Positions 54,246 through 63,392 of a stretch of DNA of 64,000 nucleotides are shown here, piece by piece. Position numbers and translations under genes: made by a program. The stretch's first letter is position 1. Each line of letters opens with the position of its first letter. Source of the DNA: Leptospiria bacterium (GTDB lineage: Bacteria; Spirochaetota; Leptospiria; Turneriellales; CBDBES01); the NCBI GenBank assembly GCA_965204465.1, contig OZ241995.1, positions 933,688 to 997,687 of the forward strand, read 5' to 3'. The notes below the pieces were generated by a model, which worked only from the letters and a program-made list of their open reading frames with translations, was not told the DNA's origin and did no database searches.

Positions 54246-56229
54246 TTCTAAATCTATATAGGGATCTGAATAAATAGAGTCTTTTTTTGGCTCTGGTAAC
54301 CGCTACATAGAATAGCCTGCGTTCTTCCTCATAACTTTCTTTTGCAATAGAATAATAGCTTGGAAATATACTCTGGTCCAGACTTAGAACAAATACCACC
54401 TGAAATTCAAGCCCCTTTGCACTATGCACTGTCATTAACTGTACTCCATTAAAATCATTTTGTATTTCAATGGGGGTGGAGTAAAGGGATATTTCCTGTA
54501 GGTAATCAGAAAATAAAGCTCCTGGATTTTTCTTCTGATGATATTGGATAGAATTGCGTAGCTCTTCTATATTCTCCGTTCTTTTGCTATCCAATAGTTT
54601 ATCTTCTTCAGAATAATATGATCCCAACCCACTCTTCTCCAGAATATCTTCTAATAAAACATCCAAGGAGGATTGTCTTTTGACCCTTTCATGCATTTCT
54701 TTTAACCACACACTAAGATGAGCCATTGTCTCAGATATCTTTGCGGAAATACCTTTTACATCACTTGCCTTACCTAAAAGAGTAATGAAGTCAATATTAT
54801 GGCCGCTTTCAGAATATAATTGGTTCCTATGCGTGCATAATTTTTGAATGCTCTTATCTCCGATTCCTCTGCTGGGTGTGTTCACCATTCTTAAAAAAGA
54901 AGTTTCGTCATAAGGATTTACTAATATCCTTATATAAGAAAGTATGTCTTTTACTTCTTTTCTGCCAAAAAAAGATATACCTCCATATACCCTGTATGGT
55001 ATTTTAAAATTTAAAAGAGATTCTTCGATCAATCTGGACTGAGAATTCATTCTATATAGAATACCCATTTCAGACAGAGGAATATGTGTAGATAATTCCA
55101 GAATGATACGGCATACATCTTTTGCCTCTCCTCGATCAGAATTTACAATAATCAATTGAGGGAATTCTCCATTTTCATTTGCCGTCCAGAGTTTTTTTTC
55201 CATTCTGCTAGCATTATTCTGTATCACCTCATTGGCAATATTGAGTACCCTCTGAACAGAACGATAATTTTGCTCTAATTTGATCGTAGTCGTATCCGGA
55301 AAGTTCTCATTGAAATTCAGAATATTTCTTACATCCGCGCCTCTCCAGGCATAAATAGCCTGATCATCATCCCCTACAACGCATAGATTTTTGGATGATC
55401 TGGACAATAGATAAATCAATTCATACTGAGCTCTATTCGTATCCTGGTATTCATCTACTAAAAAATAGGAATATTTTTTATGTATCTCTTCTAATACTTC
55501 TGGATTTTTCTTCAATAATTTAACTGTCTTATAAATTAAGTCAGAAAAATCCATGGCCAATGCATTTGTTTTCTGATCTTCATACATTTTATATACTTCT
55601 TGCAGTATATCCGAATATTCATAGGAATCCAGATCAAGTATATCTGGTAACTCATGGGGAGATATTATTTCATCTTTAAAAGAAGAAATGCTGTTAGAAA
55701 TATACCTGAGCTTTATTTTGCTCAATTTTAGACTAAAATGAGAGCTTACAATAGAATCTATCATATTCAATTGGTCTGAGTCATCCCATATTGTAAAACT
55801 AGATGGATAGTCTAAATATCTGGAATAGACTCTTAAAAGATATAACCCCAGAGAATGATAGGTGCGGATCAGACAATCCGATGCAGTCTGTCCTGCCAAA
55901 GAAAGGGTTCTTTCTAGCATTTCCTGTGTTGCCTTATTCGTAAAGGTAACCGCAACGATCTTATAGGGGGGGACTTTTCTCTCATGGATCAGATAAGCGA
56001 TCCTATGAACAATCGTACGGGTTTTGCCGCTTCCTGCTCCTGCTAATATCAAAAGAGGCCCTTCTATATGCTGAACCGCTTTTTTTTGAGACTCATTCAG
56101 ACCACTTAAAATAAAATTCATCTGGACCACATCATCTAAACCTAAACAAAAAGTAAATAAAGAAAAACAGAATGCCATTCCATTTTTGACAAATAGAATA
56201 CAGAATATAATACATAGAGCACGATTCAA
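54121..56229 (-). CDS. uvrD: ATP-dependent DNA helicase UvrD/PcrA family
   Basis: LAGAGSGKTRT Walker A, DEYQDTN, UvrD C-terminal motifs. Confidence 0.85.
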   Translation of the reverse strand: MNRALCIIFCILFVKNGMAFCFSLFTFCLGLDDVVQMNFILSGLNESQKKAVQHIEGPLLILAGAGSGKTRTIVHRIAYLIHERKVPPYKIVAVTFTNKATQEMLERTLSLAGQTASDCLIRTYHSLGLYLLRVYSRYLDYPSSFTIWDDSDQLNMIDSIVSSHFSLKLSKIKLRYISNSISSFKDEIISPHELPDILDLDSYEYSDILQEVYKMYEDQKTNALAMDFSDLIYKTVKLLKKNPEVLEEIHKKYSYFLVDEYQDTNRAQYELIYLLSRSSKNLCVVGDDDQAIYAWRGADVRNILNFNENFPDTTTIKLEQNYRSVQRVLNIANEVIQNNASRMEKKLWTANENGEFPQLIIVNSDRGEAKDVCRIILELSTHIPLSEMGILYRMNSQSRLIEESLLNFKIPYRVYGGISFFGRKEVKDILSYIRILVNPYDETSFLRMVNTPSRGIGDKSIQKLCTHRNQLYSESGHNIDFITLLGKASDVKGISAKISETMAHLSVWLKEMHERVKRQSSLDVLLEDILEKSGLGSYYSEEDKLLDSKRTENIEELRNSIQYHQKKNPGALFSDYLQEISLYSTPIEIQNDFNGVQLMTVHSAKGLEFQVVFVLSLDQSIFPSYYSIAKESYEEERRLFYVAVTRAKKRLYLFRSLYRFRNGFLQKTEPSTFISEISEDSIECIERAGLHNELFIGTDSSY

Positions 56230-57200
56230 TACATAATAGAAGATATATCAAGTGCAAAACCACTGGCTGGCATACTATGATTTGAGTACTCTTTCATTAA
56301 GAAATCATAAGAACCTCCTCTTAAAGGAGGAAAAGAAAGATCAGGTACATATCCTTCAAACAAGAATCCAGAATAATATTCGGGACGGCGTACGAGTAAT
56401 GGTTCGAATATCAAAGGAATTCCTTTTTTTTGAATTCTTCTGGTAAATGCTTTTAAGATATTGAATTTGTTTTTAAATTCTGCCAGAAACTCTTTTTGTT
56501 GTCTGTTCATTTTTTTCTGAATAGGCTCTAATAGGTTTTCTTTGCCAGTAAAAAAAAGTAATGCTTGCGCAAATTGAAAAGCAATGTCTGGATCCCAATC
56601 AAAAGATGTTATGATTTCCCCTAATTTAGGAGCATTTTTATTTAGAATAAGTTTTTTTAAGTTGGATGCTTTAAAGTTCTCCTGGAATAAATAGAATATT
56701 CTAATATCTCCTATGAGTATTCGATAATTAGATTCAAAAAAAAATTTCAAAATTTTATCTGCGATCAGGATCAATTCCTCGATTGCTTTTTCTGATTTTA
56801 AACCGATCAATTCGGCGCCCAATTGCTGTACTTCTCTTAGCAAGGGATAATTTTTTTTTATATCCGTAAAAATAGAAACATTATAATAATATCGAAAAAT
56901 ATCTTTTTTTAAGAAATCATTTCCTAATTGATTTGAAAATCCTTTCATCACTTGAACAGTTACATCATTTCTTAAAGAGAGATCATCTCCCAAATGATCT
57001 TTTAGGGTAAAGATATCATCTCTACCAAAAACCTGAAAAGTTTCTTTAAAGTCTATACTCGCGGGGGTAATTGGTTTATAATCCGCGTTTGCTAAAATAG
57101 ATTCTACCTTTGCGCTTTTTTTATGTAGCTCTTTTGTTTCTTTTGTATTCAAAAAAGTAAAGCCATAAGGAAGCCTTTTTCTGCGAAATAATTCAGGCAT
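56226..57200 (-). CDS. HisZ-like / truncated class II (HisRS-like) paralog
   Basis: N-terminal LPYGFTFLNTKE (compare LP.G..D.LP.E) and C-terminal RGGSYDFL....MPASGFALDI (compare HisRS motif 3 GGRYD.L...PAVGFA.G.ER). Confidence 0.45.
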   Translation of the reverse strand: MPELFRRKRLPYGFTFLNTKETKELHKKSAKVESILANADYKPITPASIDFKETFQVFGRDDIFTLKDHLGDDLSLRNDVTVQVMKGFSNQLGNDFLKKDIFRYYYNVSIFTDIKKNYPLLREVQQLGAELIGLKSEKAIEELILIADKILKFFFESNYRILIGDIRIFYLFQENFKASNLKKLILNKNAPKLGEIITSFDWDPDIAFQFAQALLFFTGKENLLEPIQKKMNRQQKEFLAEFKNKFNILKAFTRRIQKKGIPLIFEPLLVRRPEYYSGFLFEGYVPDLSFPPLRGGSYDFLMKEYSNHSMPASGFALDISSIMY

Positions 57201-58707
57201 TTTCTAAAGATATATTGATCCTTTTTAAAACTTTATCTTTACCAAGCAAAGATAGGTATACGGGTAATTCCAGACCATGGGTTTTCCAGGTCGTTGCCAC
57301 CCTAATGGACATGAATAATTCCTTTCTTTTCACTTTCATTTGTTCCCCCGATATATTGATCATCTCTTTAATTTTTTCTGGTTTAAAATCAACTGATTTT
57401 TTTATTTCCTGTTCAAAATGATGGATCAATTGTTTAAAAAATGGCTTCGATATGTGTTCCATGCATTCTGAAGAGAAATGGGGTTTTATTTCTTCTATAA
57501 AATCGGAGATATGATCATTGATCTGTGAATAATAGTCTAAGTATACTCTCAGGGATAAGAGTATTTCATTTAATTTATTTTGATCTATTTGTTTTTTTAT
57601 ATCAATAAATGATTTTACTTCTTTTAAGTATTCATTTTCTGACTTGTTTCTAATATTGAGATTGGATATCCAGTTTAATTTTGATTTGGGTTTTAAATAT
57701 TTTCTAGTTTCGTATGCTGGTAAATCACTAATGTCTTTCTGTAGAGTGTAAGATAGATCAAAAACATCAAACATGGCTGGGTTTTTACTGCAACGATTTA
57801 TGTCAAAAGAGTTGATGATTTTTTTAAGACCCATGAATTCTTTTCCATCTGGGGGAGACCATCCTAAAAGAACCATATAATTGATAAGTGACTCAGAGGA
57901 ATAGCCCATGTCTCTAAATACAGAGACACAGGTAGAGCCATGTCTCTTAGACAATTTCTTATGATCTGCCCCTACTATTTCACTCACATGCGCCCATTTG
58001 GGCTGTTCCCAACCGAAAGCTTCATAAACCAGGGATTGTCGGGGGGTATTCGATAAATGCCCTACCCCTCTGATCACATTTGATATTTGCATTAAATGAT
58101 CATCTACCACCACGGCAAAATTATAAGAGGGAAATTTATCTGATTTTTGGATAATAAAATCGCCAATTAAAGAGGTGTCAAATCTAACCTCTCCTTGTAC
58201 AATGTCATTTATGCATATCTCTTTTTTTTCTATTTTGAAACGGATCACATAAAGCTGGCTTTGTTTTAATTTAGAGTCAACTTCCTGAATGGTCAGATTC
58301 TTGCATTTACCGTCATATACATAAGGAATTCCCATTGCCTCTTTTTGTTTTTTCTTTATTTCCAGCTCTTTATCTGAACAAAAACAATGGTATGCTTTTT
58401 CTTCTTTTAAAAGGATATTAATATGTTCTTCATAAAGGGGAAGTCTTTCGGATTGTTGATAAGGGCCATGGTCACCTCCTATTTCTATTCCCTCATCCCA
58501 TTCCAATCCCAGCCATTTCATAGACTCGAGCATTTCGAGGCAGCTTTTTTCAGTGGAACGTTTTTGATCTGTATCTTCTATGCGAAGTATGAAAGAGCCT
58601 TTTTTTGCCTTAGCATATAGATAATTGAACAATGCAGTTCTGGCGCCTCCTACATGAAGAGAACCAGTAGGAGAAGGTGCAAAGCGAGTTCTAACCATAT
58701 CACTCAT
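57193..58707 (-). CDS. gltX: Glutamate--tRNA ligase
   Basis: RFAPSPTGSLHVGGARTALFNY (HIGH region), KLSKR (KMSKS). Confidence 0.9.
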   Translation of the reverse strand: MSDMVRTRFAPSPTGSLHVGGARTALFNYLYAKAKKGSFILRIEDTDQKRSTEKSCLEMLESMKWLGLEWDEGIEIGGDHGPYQQSERLPLYEEHINILLKEEKAYHCFCSDKELEIKKKQKEAMGIPYVYDGKCKNLTIQEVDSKLKQSQLYVIRFKIEKKEICINDIVQGEVRFDTSLIGDFIIQKSDKFPSYNFAVVVDDHLMQISNVIRGVGHLSNTPRQSLVYEAFGWEQPKWAHVSEIVGADHKKLSKRHGSTCVSVFRDMGYSSESLINYMVLLGWSPPDGKEFMGLKKIINSFDINRCSKNPAMFDVFDLSYTLQKDISDLPAYETRKYLKPKSKLNWISNLNIRNKSENEYLKEVKSFIDIKKQIDQNKLNEILLSLRVYLDYYSQINDHISDFIEEIKPHFSSECMEHISKPFFKQLIHHFEQEIKKSVDFKPEKIKEMINISGEQMKVKRKELFMSIRVATTWKTHGLELPVYLSLLGKDKVLKRINISLENA

Positions 58708-59893
58708 CTTTACTTTGCATATCTAACACTAGAATGGAAATATCATCCTCTTGCGAAGATCCAGAATGTTCAACGGTATATTTTAAGAGTTCATCATACA
58801 ATACAGAAGTTGGCTTTTTCATTTGTGTATATTTTAACAGGAATTTTAATATCCCGTTCTGTCCAAAGGGTTGGTTATTTTCGTCATGCATCTCTAATAA
58901 ACCATCTGTATAAAGAATTAGAGTTTGATTTCCTGATATTTTAAATTTCTTTTGGGTATAAGTGGATTGGTAGGTAACCCCCAGTATGGACCCATTTGAT
59001 TCTAATTTATGTATTTCATTATCTTGAATAAAAAAAGGATGAGGATGACCTGCATTGGTTATTACGAAAGAATCTTCTACCAAATCGATTAACATAAATA
59101 TTCCTGAAAAAAAATAGTATTCTTTGCCTTTGATAAAATCTCTGTAAGCAATTTTATTTATTTTTTCAACCAAGGTGCTGGTATTCCTCTCTCCCATATT
59201 GACCTCTATAGCAAATAAATTCAAATATGAATATATTAAAGAAGCATATAATGCAGCGGGAAGACCATGCCCTCTGCCATCCCCAATAAAAACAGAAAAA
59301 AATCTATCGTCAATTCTATTTACATTCATCACATCTCCGGAGAGATATTCACTCGATAAAAATTTACTATAGAAATTATATATATATTTTTTTCCGTTAA
59401 TTTGGTTGATAATAGAATTATTGATATTATTTTGCATCTTTTTTGCCATCTTTAGATCGCGAGAGAATTTCTTCTTGAATTCCAGGGCTTCTATTTCTAC
59501 TTTATGAGATTCTGTTATTTCCTGCAGAATACATATCCTGAAAGTATCTTCTCGAATCTTTTTTTTATCAACGGATATTAAATAATTCATTGTTTTGCCT
59601 TCTGAATTTATAATCTCTATTCTTTGATTATCAAAGCCAATATCCCCAAATGTATTTAAAAAATGCTGTATTTTATTTACAGTGAGTTTTTGATTATATC
59701 TGAAAAGCCAACTCATCCATTTATTGCCTTCCACATCAGAAAAAGATGCCTTCATCTCATTTGATATTCTTTTATTGCAATATGATAATTGCCAATTTTG
59801 ATCGAATATGCAAATCCCGATAGGCAGGAAATCTAATATTCTAAAAATATCCTGTTCACATAAATTCAGGTCTTCTGTACTTAAGTATTCCAT
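58700..59893 (-). CDS. PAS-domain PP2C-type serine phosphatase (RsbU/SpoIIE-like)
   Basis: FIGDGRGHGLPAAL, TNAGHPHPFFI, ILGV, LILYTDGLLE motifs. Confidence 0.75.
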   Translation of the reverse strand: MEYLSTEDLNLCEQDIFRILDFLPIGICIFDQNWQLSYCNKRISNEMKASFSDVEGNKWMSWLFRYNQKLTVNKIQHFLNTFGDIGFDNQRIEIINSEGKTMNYLISVDKKKIREDTFRICILQEITESHKVEIEALEFKKKFSRDLKMAKKMQNNINNSIINQINGKKYIYNFYSKFLSSEYLSGDVMNVNRIDDRFFSVFIGDGRGHGLPAALYASLIYSYLNLFAIEVNMGERNTSTLVEKINKIAYRDFIKGKEYYFFSGIFMLIDLVEDSFVITNAGHPHPFFIQDNEIHKLESNGSILGVTYQSTYTQKKFKISGNQTLILYTDGLLEMHDENNQPFGQNGILKFLLKYTQMKKPTSVLYDELLKYTVEHSGSSQEDDISILVLDMQSKDE

Positions 59894-60906
59894 TTATTGA
59901 TTACATTCATTAGTGCCCCTGAAGAAATATGTTCGATCAACTCTGGTACCTTGCTTCTAAGATATTCATTGATCTCAGTATTTATTTTATTTTTGGATAT
60001 ATCCCATAAATAATATACTGCTGCCGCATTCAAAGCAATGCATTCTATCCCAGGCCTGAATTTACCTTCTAAGATATTTTCTGCTTTCTGGAAGGCATCC
60101 TTTTGATTCAATGCCTTGACTTCATTTAAAGAACGTATATCCAAACCAGGAAAAGGGAGAATATTCCCCTGTGTAATGATAGAGTCTCTTAAAAGCCTAA
60201 ATTCAGTATTCTGAATGGGGTTGATCTCATCTATTTTATCCTCGGAGCAAACTACCATAGCATTTTTTACTCCTAAATTATATAGCGACTTTGACATGAT
60301 GTCCAGTAAATTTTTTGAATAAACCCCTAATAAATGAATTTTGGCCCCTGCAGGATTGGTTAAAGGCCCAAGTATATTGAATATGGTCCGAACCTGAAGT
60401 TTTTTTCGAACACCGGCTACATTCTGCATAGCCGTATGGTAAAGAGGCGCGAACATAAAGCCAAAATATTCATTTTTTATCCTTTGTTCTGTCTGTACAG
60501 GGGATTCATTCAAAGGGTATCCTAGGTGGCCCAAAAGATCTGCGGAACCACATTTAGAGGAAATGGCTTTATTGCCATGTTTTGCCACAGGAATTTTTAA
60601 ACTGGCCAATGAAATAGCCGATAAAGTTGAAATATTGATCAAGTGCGCAGAATCCCCCCCCGTGCCGCATGTATCGATTACGTCAAAATCCAGGGAAACT
60701 TTTTTAGCCTTTTGATACATTACCTTTGCAAATGCAGATAACTCAGAAGAAGATTCTACTTTCATTCTGGCAGCGATCAACCAAGCCGCTATATGGCATT
60801 CTTCTAAATGGCCTTCCAGGGTTAAATGAAAAAGTTCTTCCGATTCTTTCTCAGATAGATCCACACGATTTAATAATTTTTCCAGAAGGAATTTGAAATT
60901 TAACAT
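59881..60906 (-). CDS. trpD: Anthranilate phosphoribosyltransferase
   Basis: DTCGTGGD motif, glycosyltransferase family 3 fold. Confidence 0.85.
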   Translation of the reverse strand: MLNFKFLLEKLLNRVDLSEKESEELFHLTLEGHLEECHIAAWLIAARMKVESSSELSAFAKVMYQKAKKVSLDFDVIDTCGTGGDSAHLINISTLSAISLASLKIPVAKHGNKAISSKCGSADLLGHLGYPLNESPVQTEQRIKNEYFGFMFAPLYHTAMQNVAGVRKKLQVRTIFNILGPLTNPAGAKIHLLGVYSKNLLDIMSKSLYNLGVKNAMVVCSEDKIDEINPIQNTEFRLLRDSIITQGNILPFPGLDIRSLNEVKALNQKDAFQKAENILEGKFRPGIECIALNAAAVYYLWDISKNKINTEINEYLRSKVPELIEHISSGALMNVINKWNT

Positions 60907-61199
60907 GTTAAAAAAATAGATTTAATTATATATGACTGGCTGTAAAGCAGTTTAAAATAGAAAAACATAAATTGTTCATTTTAATGGAAGTTCACAGACT
61001 TTGCTTTGAAAGTCTAAGATCGTCAATCAAAGTAGAATGCCATTCCATTTTTTCTTCTTCATGCGAACACTCCTTATCTATGGTTACGAGTATCTACTTT
61101 TTTGGGGTAAGGCCAGGGTGGTTTTTACACAAAAAAAAGAAAACGGCTACTATGTATACACCATGCTATTTGGAATGTTAAATCGATTTAATAGCAATC

Positions 61200-62126
61200 T
61201 CAACTATTTTTTCTTAATTTTTCAATTTCTTCTACCGAAATGCCAGTGGTTTCTGAAATAATATCAATCGAAATATTCTTTGTCAAAAGCCTTAAAGCGA
61301 CCTCTGCCCTGCCTTCCTCCCTGCCTTCCTCCCTGCCTTTCTGCATACCTTTCTGCATGCCTTCCTCTCTGCCTTTCTTTTCAAGTTGTTCTGCAATGGT
61401 CATGATCTTACCTCCTGAGTCTTCTGAAATATATTTAATAGCAATCTTAACTACAAACCTGATATCAAGTCTGCTGATAGTATGTATAATATAATCAAAT
61501 AAATTATCAAGCAATTTTTCATTTCCCTTATACACAGGTTTGAAGTAATTCCTAAAAAGAGATTCAAGGTTTTCCCTGTTCGATAAATACCAGATGTCTT
61601 GTAAGCTCTTAAGAAATGCCTGAAGAGCTAAAGAAAAATAAGTAATGTCTGTTTTATCTGATCTAAGATCAAATAAATCATAATGAAAATCTGGAATATA
61701 TTGCTTAAGTTCATCTCTCATCTCATCAGGAATTAAAAGAGAAGCAGCAAAATTCAAGGCAACTGTCCACTTTTCTTTACCATGATAAAGAACCAATGGG
61801 ATCACTGCGTATTTTTTAACTTTGTAAATACCTGCTAAATACAGCAATAACTGTGCATGTATGTTTTTATCAATATATGATTTATGTTCTACCAGGCAAA
61901 AAATACCAATCCTGCCTCCCTTTTGTGTGGGGATACTGTATAAAATATCTGTAAATCTTTCTTTCCCTTCAGAGTCTATAAAGTCTCCTTTTTCAATTTT
62001 AAGTTTTTTGAAGTTCAGTTTAGATGCTATTTTACTCTGAAGGATATTTTTAAGGAAATCAACAGCGTACTTTTTATTGGATAAAACTTTTTTAGTGATT
62101 ATATCATGATTGTTGATTTCACTCAT
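61200..62126 (-). CDS. Rpn-family (YhgA-like, PD-(D/E)xK) recombination-promoting nuclease / putative transposase
   Basis: N-terminal HDIITKKVLSNKKYAVDFL...FTDILYSI...IFCLVEHKSYIDKNIHAQLLLY matches the Rpn/YhgA consensus; C-terminal KGREEGMQKGMQKGREEGREEGRAE repeat tail. Confidence 0.7.
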   Translation of the reverse strand: MSEINNHDIITKKVLSNKKYAVDFLKNILQSKIASKLNFKKLKIEKGDFIDSEGKERFTDILYSIPTQKGGRIGIFCLVEHKSYIDKNIHAQLLLYLAGIYKVKKYAVIPLVLYHGKEKWTVALNFAASLLIPDEMRDELKQYIPDFHYDLFDLRSDKTDITYFSLALQAFLKSLQDIWYLSNRENLESLFRNYFKPVYKGNEKLLDNLFDYIIHTISRLDIRFVVKIAIKYISEDSGGKIMTIAEQLEKKGREEGMQKGMQKGREEGREEGRAEVALRLLTKNISIDIISETTGISVEEIEKLRKNS

Positions 62127-62283
62127 TAACGGCTAAGTTTTAAATAGGAAGATATGCAAGAAAGCATTAAATTGACTGACCTTACCCCAAAAAAGAAAGA
62201 AAGATAACTATATTAGAATGTCATTCCATTCTTTCTTTTCATTTACGGACACAGGTCTTTTTCCCCTTATCCTCCTCTTCCCA

Positions 62284-62395
62284 GCTTACTTTTAGTAAAG
62301 ACGATCGGTTGGGGTGCAAAACATGAATGTTTTGCAGAACGGAGCACCCTGTGACATGGAAGTCACAGCGCGTGGTTTTTTCACCCTACGGGTGC
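62284..62395. repeat. ~110-bp structured repeat (copy 1; copy 2 at 62729-62850)
   Basis: Conserved flanks and conserved CTGTGAC-ATGGAA-GTCACAG hairpin; the upstream 9-10-bp hairpin differs in sequence but is retained in structure. Confidence 0.7.
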
Positions 62396-62444
62396 AAAAC
62401 ACGGATGTTTTTCACTAAGTTTCCGTTCGTGAAACTTAGTATAT

Positions 62445-62545
62445 CCTCATCAAAACCGCTTCCGCTAGTTTTGATTCGGGCACACGTGCAGACGACTTGC
62501 TCCGAATGGTGTTGCGTAGCAACCCAGGAGGCCAAGTGTCTGGGG
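62445..62545. repeat. Inverted copy of the ~100-bp GC-rich repeat at 24758-24858
   Basis: Reverse-complement identity with 1 mismatch. Confidence 0.85.
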
Positions 62546-63392
62546 TGGTACTTCTTTTTTACATAAAAAAAAGAAAGAAAAATATAAGAGGGTGTTCCGT
62601 TGCCGCCGCATCCTTGCGGCGTTGCCTGCCGATCGCTCTTGCAACAAATAGCTACTATGTATACCCCCTATTTTTTCTTTTCTCTCTATGAATACAGTTC
62701 TTTTCTCTTCTCTTTTTCTTCTTCCCAATTTACTTTTGTAGATAGATGATCGGTTGATAATGCAGGCATGGATGCCTGCAAAACGGAGCGCCCTGTGACA
62801 TGGAAGTCACAGCGCGTGGGTTTTTTTCACCCTACGGGCACAGGTCTTTGTTTCTTTCTTTTTTTTACATGTCCAGCCTAACTTCCATGTGAAAAAAGAA
62901 AGAAAGATAAGTTATTTTTTGACCGATGATCTATTTTGGCAGACTTTCTTTACAAAGTGTATAAACTACCTATACCTATAAATACTCCATGGGTTAGTGT
63001 GGAACTATTCGTATTGTAAAAACGGTAGCCTAAAGATAGATGCATAGCGAAAAAAGAGCTAAATAGCCATGAAGTCTCTATGCTAGTCGTGAAAAAAAAG
63101 TTGTTTGACAGAAAACTTTCTTCCCCTGAAAAATTCTCGGAAGTGGTTTTTTGTCTACTTAAGCTTATGTAATGACCAGGAGACAATAGAGTTACAACAC
63201 GCCATTTTTTATTAAATATCCACGACCAGCCAAGGTTTACAGAAAAAGAATATAGTTGAGCATCAAAAGTATTTTGTTGTGCCTCTCCGAACCTGTTTAG
63301 TGAGCGATCCTCGAGTGAGTTTAGAAAAATACGGTAACTATACGCTTTGATACACTATATATTTTATTATTCAATATTTGTAAAATACCGAT

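Noticed and set aside
62327-62728. 79-aa and 87-aa ORFs in the repeat-rich intergenic region
   Set aside because: They are composed of the 100-bp repeat and mini-repeats, and their equivalents at the other repeat copies are not maintained as ORFs.
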